Shown: in pieces, positions 1 through 9,132 of the stretch
How the letters are laid out: each line of letters opens with the position of its first letter
How positions within the stretch are numbered: position 1 is the first letter of the stretch
Virus record (IMG/VR): IMGVR_UViG_2541047783_000002
Source of the DNA: a virus
Taxonomy: Duplodnaviria > Heunggongvirae > Uroviricota > Caudoviricetes
Length of the DNA: 34,509 nucleotides
Strand: one strand, 5' to 3'
The notes under the pieces: model-generated
Told to the model about the DNA's origin: nothing
The model's input: the letters and a program-made list of their open reading frames with translations, nothing else
The model's database searches: none
Program-made: the position numbers and the translations under genes

Positions 1-405
1 GCTCAGTTGTACGGTGCCTTTTGCCGTCAGCGAGGCAGCAGGCACTCCCGTTATCTGACTCCACGGGTGAGTGTGGCTGACGGGTGCCTTGCCGGCTGCA
101 AGGTCGTATGCAGCCTTGACGGCTTTTGGTGTGGCGGCCAGCGTTTCAGAGGTGCTGTTGGTGGCACTGCTCAGTTGGGTGAACCCCTTAGCTGTCAGTG
201 TCGCGTCCGGGTGGTTACGGGAACGTACGTGTTCAGCCAGTGACTGTGCGGCTTCCTCCGTTTTTTTCTTCAGCCATTTCGTCCTGTTTGCCAGTTGCCG
301 GGGGGCTCGATTTGATATCCCGTCAGCACCACCCAGAACCGGATCTGATGTCTCCAGTTGATAGATATTTTCTTCCCACTTTTCTGTTTCATTCAGGTTT
401 CCCAT
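1..405 (-). CDS. tail fibre protein, N-terminal part (partial, continues beyond window start)
   Basis: Manual translation from ATG at 405..403: MGNLNETEKWEENIYQLETSDPVLGG...RNHPDATLTAKGFTQLSSATNSTSETLAATPKAVKAAYDLAAGKAPVSHTHPW...; contains the conserved QLSSATNSTSETLAATPKAVK-type motif of enterobacterial phage tail fibres; no stop before position 1. Confidence 0.8.
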   Translation of the reverse strand, partial: MGNLNETEKWEENIYQLETSDPVLGGADGISNRAPRQLANRTKWLKKKTEEAAQSLAEHVRSRNHPDATLTAKGFTQLSSATNSTSETLAATPKAVKAAYDLAAGKAPVSHTHPWSQITGVPAASLTAKGTVQLS

Positions 406-407
406 AA

Positions 408-986
408 TCAACTGCTCCCGTGGTTATAACTGCCATCATGGATGGCGGTATTGTTATAGCGAATGGCCACAGACTGATACTCCAGGCTGGCCAGATGGCA
501 GCGGGCCGGTGCAAATGCAGCGAGCGTCTGACGCAGCATCGCGGCCTGATCGTTAGTAATGGGCTGTTTCAGAATAACGCGATAAACCGCCCAGGCGGCT
601 GCATCTCCATGAACAAACAGTCCGTTATAGCTGCGATTGCCGTCGTAACTGAGACGACCTGTGCCTTCAATCAGATCCACTTCACCAAAGCCAAAACGGC
701 GGATAACTTCCCGGATTGACCACGGCGTCCCTTTATACCGGTGTAGTTCGATGGCTGCTTTTATAAGCATGCGGCGAACATCGTCCGATTCCGCCAGCTC
801 CCAGCCATCGCCAGACAGTGAGAACTGCTCGCCCAGCCATGGCAGCGCAGAACTGTCGACGATATCGACGAGAAAGACCATCAGTACGCTCAGGTCGATG
901 TTATCCAGCCGTCCTGTCAGTCTTCCCAGCGTCCTGAGACTGATATCACCCTCAAGCGGTGGCGGGAGTTGTAATGGCTCAGTCAT
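408..986 (-). CDS. baseplate/tail protein, P2 gpI / Mu gp48-like
   Basis: 192 aa ORF directly upstream of tail fibre gene and downstream of J-like gene; size and position as gpI. Confidence 0.7.
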   Translation of the reverse strand: MTEPLQLPPPLEGDISLRTLGRLTGRLDNIDLSVLMVFLVDIVDSSALPWLGEQFSLSGDGWELAESDDVRRMLIKAAIELHRYKGTPWSIREVIRRFGFGEVDLIEGTGRLSYDGNRSYNGLFVHGDAAAWAVYRVILKQPITNDQAAMLRQTLAAFAPARCHLASLEYQSVAIRYNNTAIHDGSYNHGSS

Positions 987-2082
987 CAGACACTCCAGTC
1001 ATGTTAAGTGTGATCGCCGTACAGTTTGCCCATTCGTTTTCTGCCACCACCCTCAGTGCCGGTGTCACCAGTTCAACCTGGTACACCCCGGAAACGGACA
1101 ATGCACTGATAATCTGGCTGGGGACAATATCGCGCCCCAGCGTGGCGGCACGTGATGCCACCCAGTTCTGGATGGCACTGTTGGCGGCATCTTTTACAGA
1201 CCCGGCATCCTGATCACGATAGATCGTAATCCTGGCTTCAATGGTGTAATCCACCTTCACTGGTGTTTTAGCCCGCACTGTATCAGTGAGTGGCCTGACT
1301 TTCTCATCAGAGCAGAAACTCTCTACCAGCGTGAGAACACCGCCGTCCGGCAGACCGGTACTGAGCAGCGGATACAGATCTACGGTCCCGGGAACCGGGG
1401 AAAGCACAGCAACATCGACAATGTTGGGATGGGCCTGCATGGCATGAAAGCGGTATGCGCCACGGCTTCCGGCATTGGTGAATGACTCCGGGGCCAGCCT
1501 GATACGCTCCCGGAGCCTGTCATCGTCTTCCTGTTCTGAACCGCCGGAACTGGCCGTCAGATTGCTCACCAGCAGGTCGACGTTATCAATCTCATCGAGT
1601 AACTGACTGACCTGCGCAGGTTGCCAGCCGTTACCAGCGGTACCGGGTTCGGTACAGGTGGCCGTGACATTGACCAGCAGCAATCCGGCCTTCAGTACCA
1701 CATCTGTATCGGTGGCAAAAATAACGCTGTCGGAAGCGCTGACGCGGGTGCCTGCCGGGATCAGCACATCAATGGCCAGTGCCTCATCTACGGAGAACTG
1801 GAGCGTGGTGGTGGCAGGCTGCGCGGCAAGACGGTATACACCGACCAGTTCACCGAGGTAATCAATCATCGGCTCACGGGCAAAGGCGACAAGATTCTGC
1901 TTTGCTGCCTCCTGTACCGCAACCCTGACCAGCATTTCGCGATAGGCCCACAGATCAATCAGCAGACGTTCTGCCTGTGCCGGGTACAGCGTTTTGCCGG
2001 TATCCGCTTCATACTTCGCAATCATTTCTGCCGTGATTTTGTCGGCATCGCGTTCAATAAAATCGGGTTCTGTCAGCGCCAT
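979..2082 (-). CDS. baseplate J-like protein (P2 gpJ / Mu gp47 family)
   Basis: 367 aa ORF, position between W-like and I-like genes, overlaps neighbours by a few codons as typical of baseplate operons. Confidence 0.75.
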   Translation of the reverse strand: MALTEPDFIERDADKITAEMIAKYEADTGKTLYPAQAERLLIDLWAYREMLVRVAVQEAAKQNLVAFAREPMIDYLGELVGVYRLAAQPATTTLQFSVDEALAIDVLIPAGTRVSASDSVIFATDTDVVLKAGLLLVNVTATCTEPGTAGNGWQPAQVSQLLDEIDNVDLLVSNLTASSGGSEQEDDDRLRERIRLAPESFTNAGSRGAYRFHAMQAHPNIVDVAVLSPVPGTVDLYPLLSTGLPDGGVLTLVESFCSDEKVRPLTDTVRAKTPVKVDYTIEARITIYRDQDAGSVKDAANSAIQNWVASRAATLGRDIVPSQIISALSVSGVYQVELVTPALRVVAENEWANCTAITLNMTGVSDD

Positions 2083-2420
2083 AGCAGCTCCTGAGTCCGG
2101 GTCTGTCCGTCTGAGCCTTTCCAGCTCACCCGGAGCGTAAGATGTTCGCCGTCGACGGCGGGTTTAACTGACATAAGCTGGCAGCGGGGCTCCCAGCGCC
2201 GGATGGCATCGACGGATTCGCGCACCACATGCGGAATGGCCCGGTCTACAGGCCAGTCGATATAAAGATGCAGATTGCTGCCGAACTCCGGGCGATGCGG
2301 GTCGCTGCCGCGGGGAGTCCGCAGGATAATTTGAATCGCCTGCCGGATATCATCCAGCCCCCGGACAATTTCGCCGGGAGCCTGCAGGGCTGGTTGCCAG
2401 AATACTGAGGTCGTTTTCAT
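2073..2420 (-). CDS. baseplate wedge protein, gpW/gp25-like
   Basis: 115 aa, size and position of P2 gpW / T4 gp25 family between V and J. Confidence 0.75.
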   Translation of the reverse strand: MKTTSVFWQPALQAPGEIVRGLDDIRQAIQIILRTPRGSDPHRPEFGSNLHLYIDWPVDRAIPHVVRESVDAIRRWEPRCQLMSVKPAVDGEHLTLRVSWKGSDGQTRTQELLWR

Positions 2421-2474
2421 GGGGGCAGTATTGCCCCCGTGCGGGAACGCTGATATTAAAGGCGTTTAAAAAGC

Positions 2475-3071
2475 TCAGTGGGAGTGGTGGCTGGAGTTTT
2501 CGCCATCAGACAACATACTGCCCGTGGCATGGGCATTCCCTTTAATCTCGATATTGCCATGGATGGTCGCGGTAACACCTTCACCACCAGAACCCGCCAT
2601 GCCTCCTTCGTAAATCAGCTTACCCCTGACACGCAGATCTCCGGTAAGTTCGGTTTCCGGTGCGTCAATCGTGGCTTTCTGTGTTTTCAATACCACATCA
2701 GCACCACACTCAATGACAATATGCTCAATGCCGCCCCGGATGATCAGAGTGTGCGTCTTCCGGTTATAGCTGTATTCTGCACCATCAGCAAACCGGGTTC
2801 CCCGGATATTTTTGTCACTGAACGGTGGTTTATCGACGTCTGAATACACCGCGCCCAGAATAACACCATCCTCGCCGTTGGCATCGAGCAGTACCTCAAC
2901 CTGCTCCCCCACGTCAGGGAGCCAGTAATCTTTGTTATCCTGGGTATTGCGCTGCAGCACGTTAAGCCAGTTTGTGCGCAGGTTATCGCATTCAGGCAGA
3001 CGAACGCGGGCCTGAACCCTGTCGGCATCAACGGCACTGACCGTACCGACCTGACGAGTGACACCAGTCAT
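2475..3071 (-). CDS. baseplate assembly protein V (central spike)
   Basis: 198 aa; pattern WLPDVGEQVEVL...GAVYSD resembles P2 gpV N-terminal OB-fold region; position after D-like gene. Confidence 0.7.
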   Translation of the reverse strand: MTGVTRQVGTVSAVDADRVQARVRLPECDNLRTNWLNVLQRNTQDNKDYWLPDVGEQVEVLLDANGEDGVILGAVYSDVDKPPFSDKNIRGTRFADGAEYSYNRKTHTLIIRGGIEHIVIECGADVVLKTQKATIDAPETELTGDLRVRGKLIYEGGMAGSGGEGVTATIHGNIEIKGNAHATGSMLSDGENSSHHSH

Positions 3072-4222
3072 TTTTTCTTCTCCTTAATCACCGTCGATGT
3101 ACTGCCATCCGGGTGATAAACCGTGAGTTTCTGAGTTTTTTGTTTTTTACCTCTTGTGACTGGCCCCCGTGCCACTTCCAGCTCTGTGGTGTAGCCGCTG
3201 TTACGGTCAAACGCATGACGGGCAGTGGTTATGAGCCATGCCCCGGATAACTGCCCAAAACCCACCAGTTCAATTTTGTTGCCTGCTGTCAGTTGAGGTG
3301 TTCCCGTCAGCGTCAGGGAGCCGTTCTGCTGGTATTCGTTATGTCTGGCCAGTGCTGAATCCGCTTTAATCCGGGCACTGTCCGGGTCGCTGACGCGGCT
3401 GTTAACTTTAAGTGAGTCAGCACTGGTAACCTTACCACCTTTGAGCTTTTTGTCGCTTTCACGGGTACCACCATCAGCTTCGTAGACGATCAGTTTTTTA
3501 CTGCTGCTTTTCTGGTGTTTTACCTTTGCAGATTTATAGACCCGGTTGATGGTGTCACGCAGGGAAAAGCGGGCCACATCCTGCGGTTTTAACTGCCTGA
3601 CCGGCTCCTGACTGCGCAATGTGGCCAGATGAGAAAAAATCAGCTGGTCACTGACCACTTTCACTGCATAACCATACTCGCTGGCCAGCCGGCGCAGAAA
3701 ACCCACGTCGGTTTCAGCATACTGGGTCACCCGGTCGATTCTGATGGACTCAATGCTGCCCACCAGTTTCAGCCGGTGCTTTCGGGCAATCCTTCCCGCG
3801 ATGGCCGCCAGCGTGGTGTTCTCGAAACCACGACTGGTTTTAGTCCGCAGGGCACTGTTAACCGAGGTGGCCACGCCACGGATAGAAACAACGGAAGCGG
3901 GCGAACTCACCTCGATCTCGTCTATAGAAAACGTACCGCAGGACAGCAGTTTCTCGCCCTGATAGCCCATTTTCAGCGTCAGCGTGTCACCTTTGCCCGG
4001 ATACCACTTATCCAGCCAGCGGCCATCGGTGTCGTCCAGCTCCACCTCAACAGTATCGGACTCATTTTTGATGTTATCGCTCCAGGTCACACGGGTGACA
4101 TAAGGCGCGATATCAGAGGTGATGTTTTTCTGCAGATACCACAGAGTGAACACCGGTGTCAGCACATCGCTGACGCCGGTTAACGCTGATGTGACTTGCG
4201 CAGTGCTGTTTATCTCAGCCAT
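3068..4222 (-). CDS. tail protein D-like (P2 gpD late control D / Mu gp44 baseplate hub family)
   Basis: 384 aa, size close to P2 gpD; sits between X-like and V-like genes. Confidence 0.7.
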   Translation of the reverse strand: MAEINSTAQVTSALTGVSDVLTPVFTLWYLQKNITSDIAPYVTRVTWSDNIKNESDTVEVELDDTDGRWLDKWYPGKGDTLTLKMGYQGEKLLSCGTFSIDEIEVSSPASVVSIRGVATSVNSALRTKTSRGFENTTLAAIAGRIARKHRLKLVGSIESIRIDRVTQYAETDVGFLRRLASEYGYAVKVVSDQLIFSHLATLRSQEPVRQLKPQDVARFSLRDTINRVYKSAKVKHQKSSSKKLIVYEADGGTRESDKKLKGGKVTSADSLKVNSRVSDPDSARIKADSALARHNEYQQNGSLTLTGTPQLTAGNKIELVGFGQLSGAWLITTARHAFDRNSGYTTELEVARGPVTRGKKQKTQKLTVYHPDGSTSTVIKEKKK

Positions 4223-4425
4223 GGGGCAATATCCTCTTCTGTACGGGCTTCTTCAGCCTCAATCACCGGGATCAGTAACAACAGCCCGGAGGGCAGCACC
4301 GGCGTGATGGCCACGTGCGGATTGGCGGCAATAATCCGGGGATAGCCCAGCGGGTCACCGTAGTACTGCCATGCCAGCGAATCCCAGCGCTCTCCGTCAC
4401 GGGTAACATGTTCAAGAAACATCAC
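4210..4425 (-). CDS. tail protein X-like (LysM-like small tail protein)
   Basis: 71 aa; position between U-like and D-like genes; W...YYGDP...AANPHV motif reminiscent of P2 gpX. Confidence 0.6.
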   Translation of the reverse strand: MMFLEHVTRDGERWDSLAWQYYGDPLGYPRIIAANPHVAITPVLPSGLLLLIPVIEAEEARTEEDIAPWLR

Positions 4426-5306
4426 ACACTCCTCGTCAGTATTCTGGCGGCCATTGCACTTAATCCCGGAGACATGCGGTTGAATGCTGTGCCGGCGGCG
4501 TTAAGCTGCCCGGAAACGGTATCCAGAGCACCTGCAATATTTCTTTTGTCCACACCACTCAGCGCAGACTGTGCCTGCTGTACATACGTGGCTGCTTCGC
4601 TGGCTGTTCTGGCCAGACTGATGGCATCGGGCATGGATTCAGAGAGTGCGTTAAACGCCGGAACACTTTTCCCCAGAGCCCCGGAGATATTACCCAGTCC
4701 GCTCATCAGCCCCGGCACACGGGTCAGTGCGACAACGGGGTTATCCTTCATTTTCTGTGTCACCCGAACGGCGCTGATAGTGGTCTGGAGTACAGACTGC
4801 GCCTGTTTCGCATAGTTGACGCCGTTGCGGATGAACTGCGCCACCCCTGAAGGTGAAGGAATGGCACCGGAGACCGCCCCGACACCCGGGAGCTTCGTGC
4901 GTATTGCCGGTGGTTGCAGAGGATTTTTCGGGTCACCGGTGTATTCCCGGAGAGACACGGTGGCACTGACAGCCAGCACGTTGCCGGTACTGTCAGTCTG
5001 CTCGCTGGTTGCAGTCACATCGGTAATCACGAACCAGCCGCGATAGTCACCGTTGCCGAAGACCAGCGCCAGTGCCTGATGGGCTTTCATGGCTGTTCGC
5101 AGTCTCGCCAGCTCCACATCGGGTACACAATAATGCTGATGGAAAACCAGAGTTATCTGGATTTCGTCCAGCCTGTCGCCGACGAACTGCAGGCCAGGCT
5201 TACCCCCGATGCGGGCATGCTCCGCATAATCGACGCCGAACGTGGCCTCGAAGCCGTCCCAGTAGGTAATCAGCTCAAACTCAATATCACCCAGTACGGC
5301 AAACAT
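4422..5306 (-). CDS. tail protein, gpU-like N-terminal domain with C-terminal extension (Mu DNA-circulation-protein position)
   Basis: 294 aa ORF immediately downstream of tape measure gene (stop/start overlap at 5306). Confidence 0.5.
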   Translation of the reverse strand: MFAVLGDIEFELITYWDGFEATFGVDYAEHARIGGKPGLQFVGDRLDEIQITLVFHQHYCVPDVELARLRTAMKAHQALALVFGNGDYRGWFVITDVTATSEQTDSTGNVLAVSATVSLREYTGDPKNPLQPPAIRTKLPGVGAVSGAIPSPSGVAQFIRNGVNYAKQAQSVLQTTISAVRVTQKMKDNPVVALTRVPGLMSGLGNISGALGKSVPAFNALSESMPDAISLARTASEAATYVQQAQSALSGVDKRNIAGALDTVSGQLNAAGTAFNRMSPGLSAMAARILTRSV

Positions 5307-8257
5307 CAGCGGTACTCCTTACGTTGTTTCTGAGCCAGCAGACGCTCCAGCATTTTTTCCAGCTCATGCAGGCTCATATTCAGGGCGCCAGTCAGTCCGG
5401 CAGGCGCTGTGGTTTCCCTGCCATTGAGGAAAAACTGAGGATTAAAGCTGACCTGGATACCACCAGACGTTCCACCGCCGGTTGCAGCTGCACCACGGCC
5501 TGAATATCCGGCAGCCATGATTTCAGGCGAGGGGATACGGGGAACATCCGGTGTCATCTCATTTGCCAGACGTTGCCCTGGTAAAATCGATGCCCGGGTG
5601 GAGAGCGGGATAGCGGGCATGGAAGACAAACTATTGATTACGGCTCCGATCGCATTTTTAGCAGACGACATAAACCCGTTGATATCGGGCAACGGCATAC
5701 TGAAGCGAACACCTGAAGTGTTATCCCGTATTTCTGGCCCCTGAATGCTCACGGGCATTCTGGGGAGCAGTTCACTGGCCATTCGCTGCCCGGCCAGAGC
5801 TGCAAGCGGAGTGGTCCGCTGCAGGCCAATGGCGGCCCCCTGCGCGATATTGTCACCAAAGCCCATAAACACGCGGCTCGGCGAATGAATGCCCAGCTTT
5901 TCGCTGAACCAGCCACTGATGCTGTCACCCATTCCGGTTACACTGGATTTGAGCGACTCCCATTTGTTTTTGATACCGTTAATCAGACCATCGACAAGAT
6001 GGCCACCGAAGTCGGTAAACTTTGCCGGCAGATCAACACCAAGATATTTCAGCGCAGCTGCAAAGGCTTTACAGAGCAGACCTGCCGGCGACCAGTTAAT
6101 CAGCAGCTTACCAGTTCCCGCGATACCGCCGTTAAAGGCTTCCTGAATGTCAGCCCAGCGTTGTTCAAACCAGCTACTGATGCTGTCACCCATTCCGGTT
6201 ACACTGGATTTGAGCGACCCCCATTTGTTTTTGATACCGTTAATCAGACCGTCGACAAGATGGCCACCGAAGCCGGTGAACTTTGCCGGCAGAGCAACGC
6301 CGAAATATTTCAGCGCAGCCGCAAAGGCTTTATAGAGCAGGCCTGCCGGCGACCAGTTAATCAGCAACTTACCAATTCCCACAATGCCGCCGTTAAAGGC
6401 TTCCTGAATGTCAGCCCAGCGCTGTTTAAACCAGCCACTGACTGCCCCCCAGTTGCGGTAGATAAGGTAAGCTGCTGCCGCGACAGCGGTGATAACGAGA
6501 CCGATGGGATTCATCATCAGCGCACGTCCAATCCAGAGAACAGCACGTCCGGCGAGCATAATTCCGCGAACCAGTCCCCCGGAGAGCACGCCACTCAGTG
6601 TTCTGGCTCCTCTGGCGACGGCGCTAAATCCGGTCACCAGCCAGCGGAGCTTACCGCCTTGCCCCAGTGCGAGCGACAGACGAAGCCAGTTGGCCCGAAG
6701 TAAAACAGCATTTTTCCAGACACTTACAAAGGGGGAAATAAGGAGATTCAGCCCCAGTTTGAGACCAACAGTCGCTATCTTAATCGCAAGGAGCGCACTG
6801 ATGAGCTTAAAAGCCCCACTGACAAATTGCGGGTGAGTCGCTACCCAGTGTTTTGTCCCCTGAATGAGTGGGAGCAGTTCCTGAGTCAGAGAAATAAAAG
6901 ATGGAGCTAATTGATCGCCCAGCGTAATTGCCAGATCGCGACTGCTGACCATAAGTGCTTTAGTGGCTTCAAGGGGAGATTTCAGCCGCTGATCATAAGC
7001 ACTGGCAAGCAAATCGTTATCCGCAGCCCTGAGAGCACCGGCGCGGATCTCGCGATATCTGTCCATGTTGGCCAGCATCGGGCGGATAAATGCCATGACC
7101 TGCATATCCGCGAACATATCACCCAGACCAAAGTTTTTCGCCAGAGCCTGAAGTGCCTCATCTCTTGCCGTATCATTCTTTATTTTCATGGCGGATTTGA
7201 AGCCGGCCAGCGCTTCGGGGCTTTTGGCATTGAGGTAACGTTCTATAACACTCAACATCCCTTCAATCGGAGAGATCCCCGCAGCCTTATAACTCGCAAT
7301 AGATCCCTGCAAATCAATACCCAGATCAGCAAACTGTTTCTGAGTATCGCGGGCAAAAATTTTGGTAAGAAAGTTTTTAAAATTATTGGCTGCCTCGTCG
7401 GTGGAACCTGCACCGATTTTTGCTATCTGGAGACTGGCCCCGATTTCAGCAACAGCCTCTTTTCCACTGGCAATACCCGCCATCATTGGGGCCAGGGACT
7501 GCATCCACTTGACCTGATCCGGGATTTCAAATGACCCCTGGTCACCGGCATAAGCCATAATATTCTGAACGGCACCAAAATCTCTGGCCGCACCTTTCAG
7601 GGAGTTTTGCCAGACTGCGGCCACTTTTGCCCAGTCCTGAGATGACGTGCGTGTTGCCGTTGCCGCGCGGGCAATATCCGGCATCAGAAAACCGATATCT
7701 GACAAGTTATCAATATTGTCGCTGATGAGCGAACCCACCGCCTCCTGCAGCTCATCCTGATACTGATTGTATTTAAGCGCCCAGCCTTTTATCTGTCCGG
7801 CAAGTGCATCCCGCGTTTTATTGTCATATTTTGCGGTGATCGACATATCAATCATTTTGTCCTGAAAAGACATGGACTGCTGAACGGCAGGGGAAACGGT
7901 ATGATAAACAGTCTGTGCCATGCCATACGCTTCAATCCCCTGACCATACAGCGCCATGCGGTTAGCTTTCAGCGCATCACTGGTAGCGGATGCCGCTGAC
8001 AGACGGCGCTGCTGGCGCTCAATTTGCTCCATGGTGCGGCTTACCCGCAGCAGCTCGCTGTTGAGATGCTGCATCCGGGAAGAACCCAGTTGACCATAAC
8101 GTTCTGTTGCACGGGTTAAAGCGTTCTGACGTTCCTGCAGGCGGCGTGAGGTATCGCTCAGGGAATCAAGCGCACGGCGGGTACCGCTCATTGCAGAACG
8201 GAATGTGCTGCCAATCATCCCGCCGATAACAACGCCGACTGAAAACTGTCCCGACAT
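5306..8257 (-). CDS. tail tape measure protein
   Basis: 983 aa, Ala/Gly-rich with predicted hydrophobic segments, internal tandem duplication, located between chaperone pair and baseplate genes. Confidence 0.85.
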   Translation of the reverse strand: MSGQFSVGVVIGGMIGSTFRSAMSGTRRALDSLSDTSRRLQERQNALTRATERYGQLGSSRMQHLNSELLRVSRTMEQIERQQRRLSAASATSDALKANRMALYGQGIEAYGMAQTVYHTVSPAVQQSMSFQDKMIDMSITAKYDNKTRDALAGQIKGWALKYNQYQDELQEAVGSLISDNIDNLSDIGFLMPDIARAATATRTSSQDWAKVAAVWQNSLKGAARDFGAVQNIMAYAGDQGSFEIPDQVKWMQSLAPMMAGIASGKEAVAEIGASLQIAKIGAGSTDEAANNFKNFLTKIFARDTQKQFADLGIDLQGSIASYKAAGISPIEGMLSVIERYLNAKSPEALAGFKSAMKIKNDTARDEALQALAKNFGLGDMFADMQVMAFIRPMLANMDRYREIRAGALRAADNDLLASAYDQRLKSPLEATKALMVSSRDLAITLGDQLAPSFISLTQELLPLIQGTKHWVATHPQFVSGAFKLISALLAIKIATVGLKLGLNLLISPFVSVWKNAVLLRANWLRLSLALGQGGKLRWLVTGFSAVARGARTLSGVLSGGLVRGIMLAGRAVLWIGRALMMNPIGLVITAVAAAAYLIYRNWGAVSGWFKQRWADIQEAFNGGIVGIGKLLINWSPAGLLYKAFAAALKYFGVALPAKFTGFGGHLVDGLINGIKNKWGSLKSSVTGMGDSISSWFEQRWADIQEAFNGGIAGTGKLLINWSPAGLLCKAFAAALKYLGVDLPAKFTDFGGHLVDGLINGIKNKWESLKSSVTGMGDSISGWFSEKLGIHSPSRVFMGFGDNIAQGAAIGLQRTTPLAALAGQRMASELLPRMPVSIQGPEIRDNTSGVRFSMPLPDINGFMSSAKNAIGAVINSLSSMPAIPLSTRASILPGQRLANEMTPDVPRIPSPEIMAAGYSGRGAAATGGGTSGGIQVSFNPQFFLNGRETTAPAGLTGALNMSLHELEKMLERLLAQKQRKEYR
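5907..6428. repeat. 261-bp direct tandem duplication (2 copies, a few mismatches) inside tape measure gene
   Basis: Motif aaccagc[ct]actga recurs at 5907, 6168 and 6429; encoded peptide repeat SWFEQRWADIQEAFNGGI...KWxSLKSSVTGMGDSIS occurs twice in the 983-aa product. Confidence 0.85.
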
Positions 8258-8332
8258 AGTGGTTAACCTCCGGGGAAGGTGAAAAGACGTGAGGGGATAA
8301 CGCAGAACAGCCGCTACTGGCGGCTGTCTGTA

Positions 8333-8590
8333 CTATGATTTGTCGCCGTACTCGCTTTTGATTTGCTCTTCAGCCTGCTCCAGCCACATCTCCAGATCGT
8401 CAGTATCGAGGGCATCAATCTCCCCCGGCTGAAACCGGAACCATCTCGCCAGCAGCCCCTGCGCCTGCGTCAGCGCCCTGGTTGCTCTCACCCATCCCCG
8501 TGATGAGCTGAAATCGTTTCTGTAACTGCAGGTAATCAGCCAGATCCATATTGTCGAGATCTTCCGGGAGAAGACCAGTACTGCGGGCAA
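8333..8590 (-). CDS. putative frameshift extension of tail assembly chaperone (E'/T-like), +1 frame relative to 8415..8750
   Basis: Overlapping ORF in +1 frame, open from about 8590 to stop at 8333; -1 frame is closed by several stops; C5 run on plus strand at 8422-8426 (G5 on mRNA) allows tRNA-Gly re-pairing GGG to GGG in +1 frame. Confidence 0.4.
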   Translation of the reverse strand: MPAVLVFSRKISTIWIWLITCSYRNDFSSSRGWVRATRALTQAQGLLARWFRFQPGEIDALDTDDLEMWLEQAEEQIKSEYGDKS

Positions 8591-8750
8591 TCAGCGGTTC
8601 GTCCCAGTCTGCCGGGTTTTTGCTGATTTTGCGCACCTGCTTCAGGTCTTTTACCGTCAGGCGTTTCAATTCAACCTGCTCAATTCTGGTGCCGGCAGCA
8701 GTGGTGAAGGGATAAGACAATTTAAAAGTATCGGACTGGGTCTGTGACAT
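8415..8750 (-). CDS. tail assembly chaperone (P2 gpE / Mu gp41-like)
   Basis: 111 aa between tube and tape measure genes; motif IEQVELKRLTVKDLKQV typical of this chaperone family; overlapped by alternative-frame ORF. Confidence 0.7.
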   Translation of the reverse strand: MSQTQSDTFKLSYPFTTAAGTRIEQVELKRLTVKDLKQVRKISKNPADWDEPLIARSTGLLPEDLDNMDLADYLQLQKRFQLITGMGESNQGADAGAGAAGEMVPVSAGGD

Positions 8751-8810
8751 GATCGTGCTCCTGTGTAAGTTCAGGGCAGTATGTCGGGAGTAGCGCGTGA
8801 CGGATATTAA

Positions 8811-8841
8811 AGGAGATTAAGAAGAAAGGGGCCGGAGCCCC
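8811..8841 (-). terminator. putative intrinsic terminator (minus strand) between tube-proximal ORF and chaperone gene
   Basis: Minus-strand GGGGC-UCCG-GCCCC hairpin (plus 8828-8841) followed by UUUCUUCUU. Confidence 0.4.
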
Positions 8842-8848
8842 TGTGATG

Positions 8849-9130
8849 TCAGCGAGTGCGAAAACCCTTGCAGTTACGCAGAAAGGCAATGAGAAGCGCT
8901 TTTCCCTCAGATTTGCCGATGCCGGAGAACCAGTGGTCGGGAGGCTCCCATGCCTCAATCAAATCCGCCAGTTTGCGGACCTTTGAACGTGTGCAGTCAA
9001 TCGGGTCATTGGTTTTACGGGTATTAAAAAGGTTTTCCACCCCCGGAATATCAAGGAGGGTAAACCACGTACCATTTGACATGCCCAGTGCTGCACATCG
9101 ACCTCCTTTATCAGTCAGTTCAACACTCAC
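8849..9130 (-). CDS. hypothetical protein (Cys-containing, 93 aa) downstream of tube gene
   Basis: ORF starts with GTG 3 nt after tube stop; no recognisable family; internal strong SD (AAGGAGG) not matched to an in-frame start, so the gene model is uncertain. Confidence 0.25.
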   Translation of the reverse strand: MSVELTDKGGRCAALGMSNGTWFTLLDIPGVENLFNTRKTNDPIDCTRSKVRKLADLIEAWEPPDHWFSGIGKSEGKALLIAFLRNCKGFRTR

Positions 9131-9132
9131 TG

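Noticed and set aside
5907-6428. Possibility that the tandem repeat is a CRISPR array or minisatellite
   Set aside because: Only two long (261-bp) in-frame copies inside a coding sequence, no short repeat-spacer periodicity and no cas genes; it is a coding duplication.
5885-6703. 272-aa plus-strand ORF (and 5889..6146, 6147..6335) antisense to the tape measure gene
   Set aside because: Arises from the 261-bp tandem duplication read on the wrong strand; repeated peptide is an artefact of the repeat, not a gene.
8722-8958. 78-aa minus-strand ORF spanning the putative terminator and overlapping the chaperone start
   Set aside because: Crosses the hairpin/U-tract and overlaps two better-supported features in a different frame; likely non-coding.
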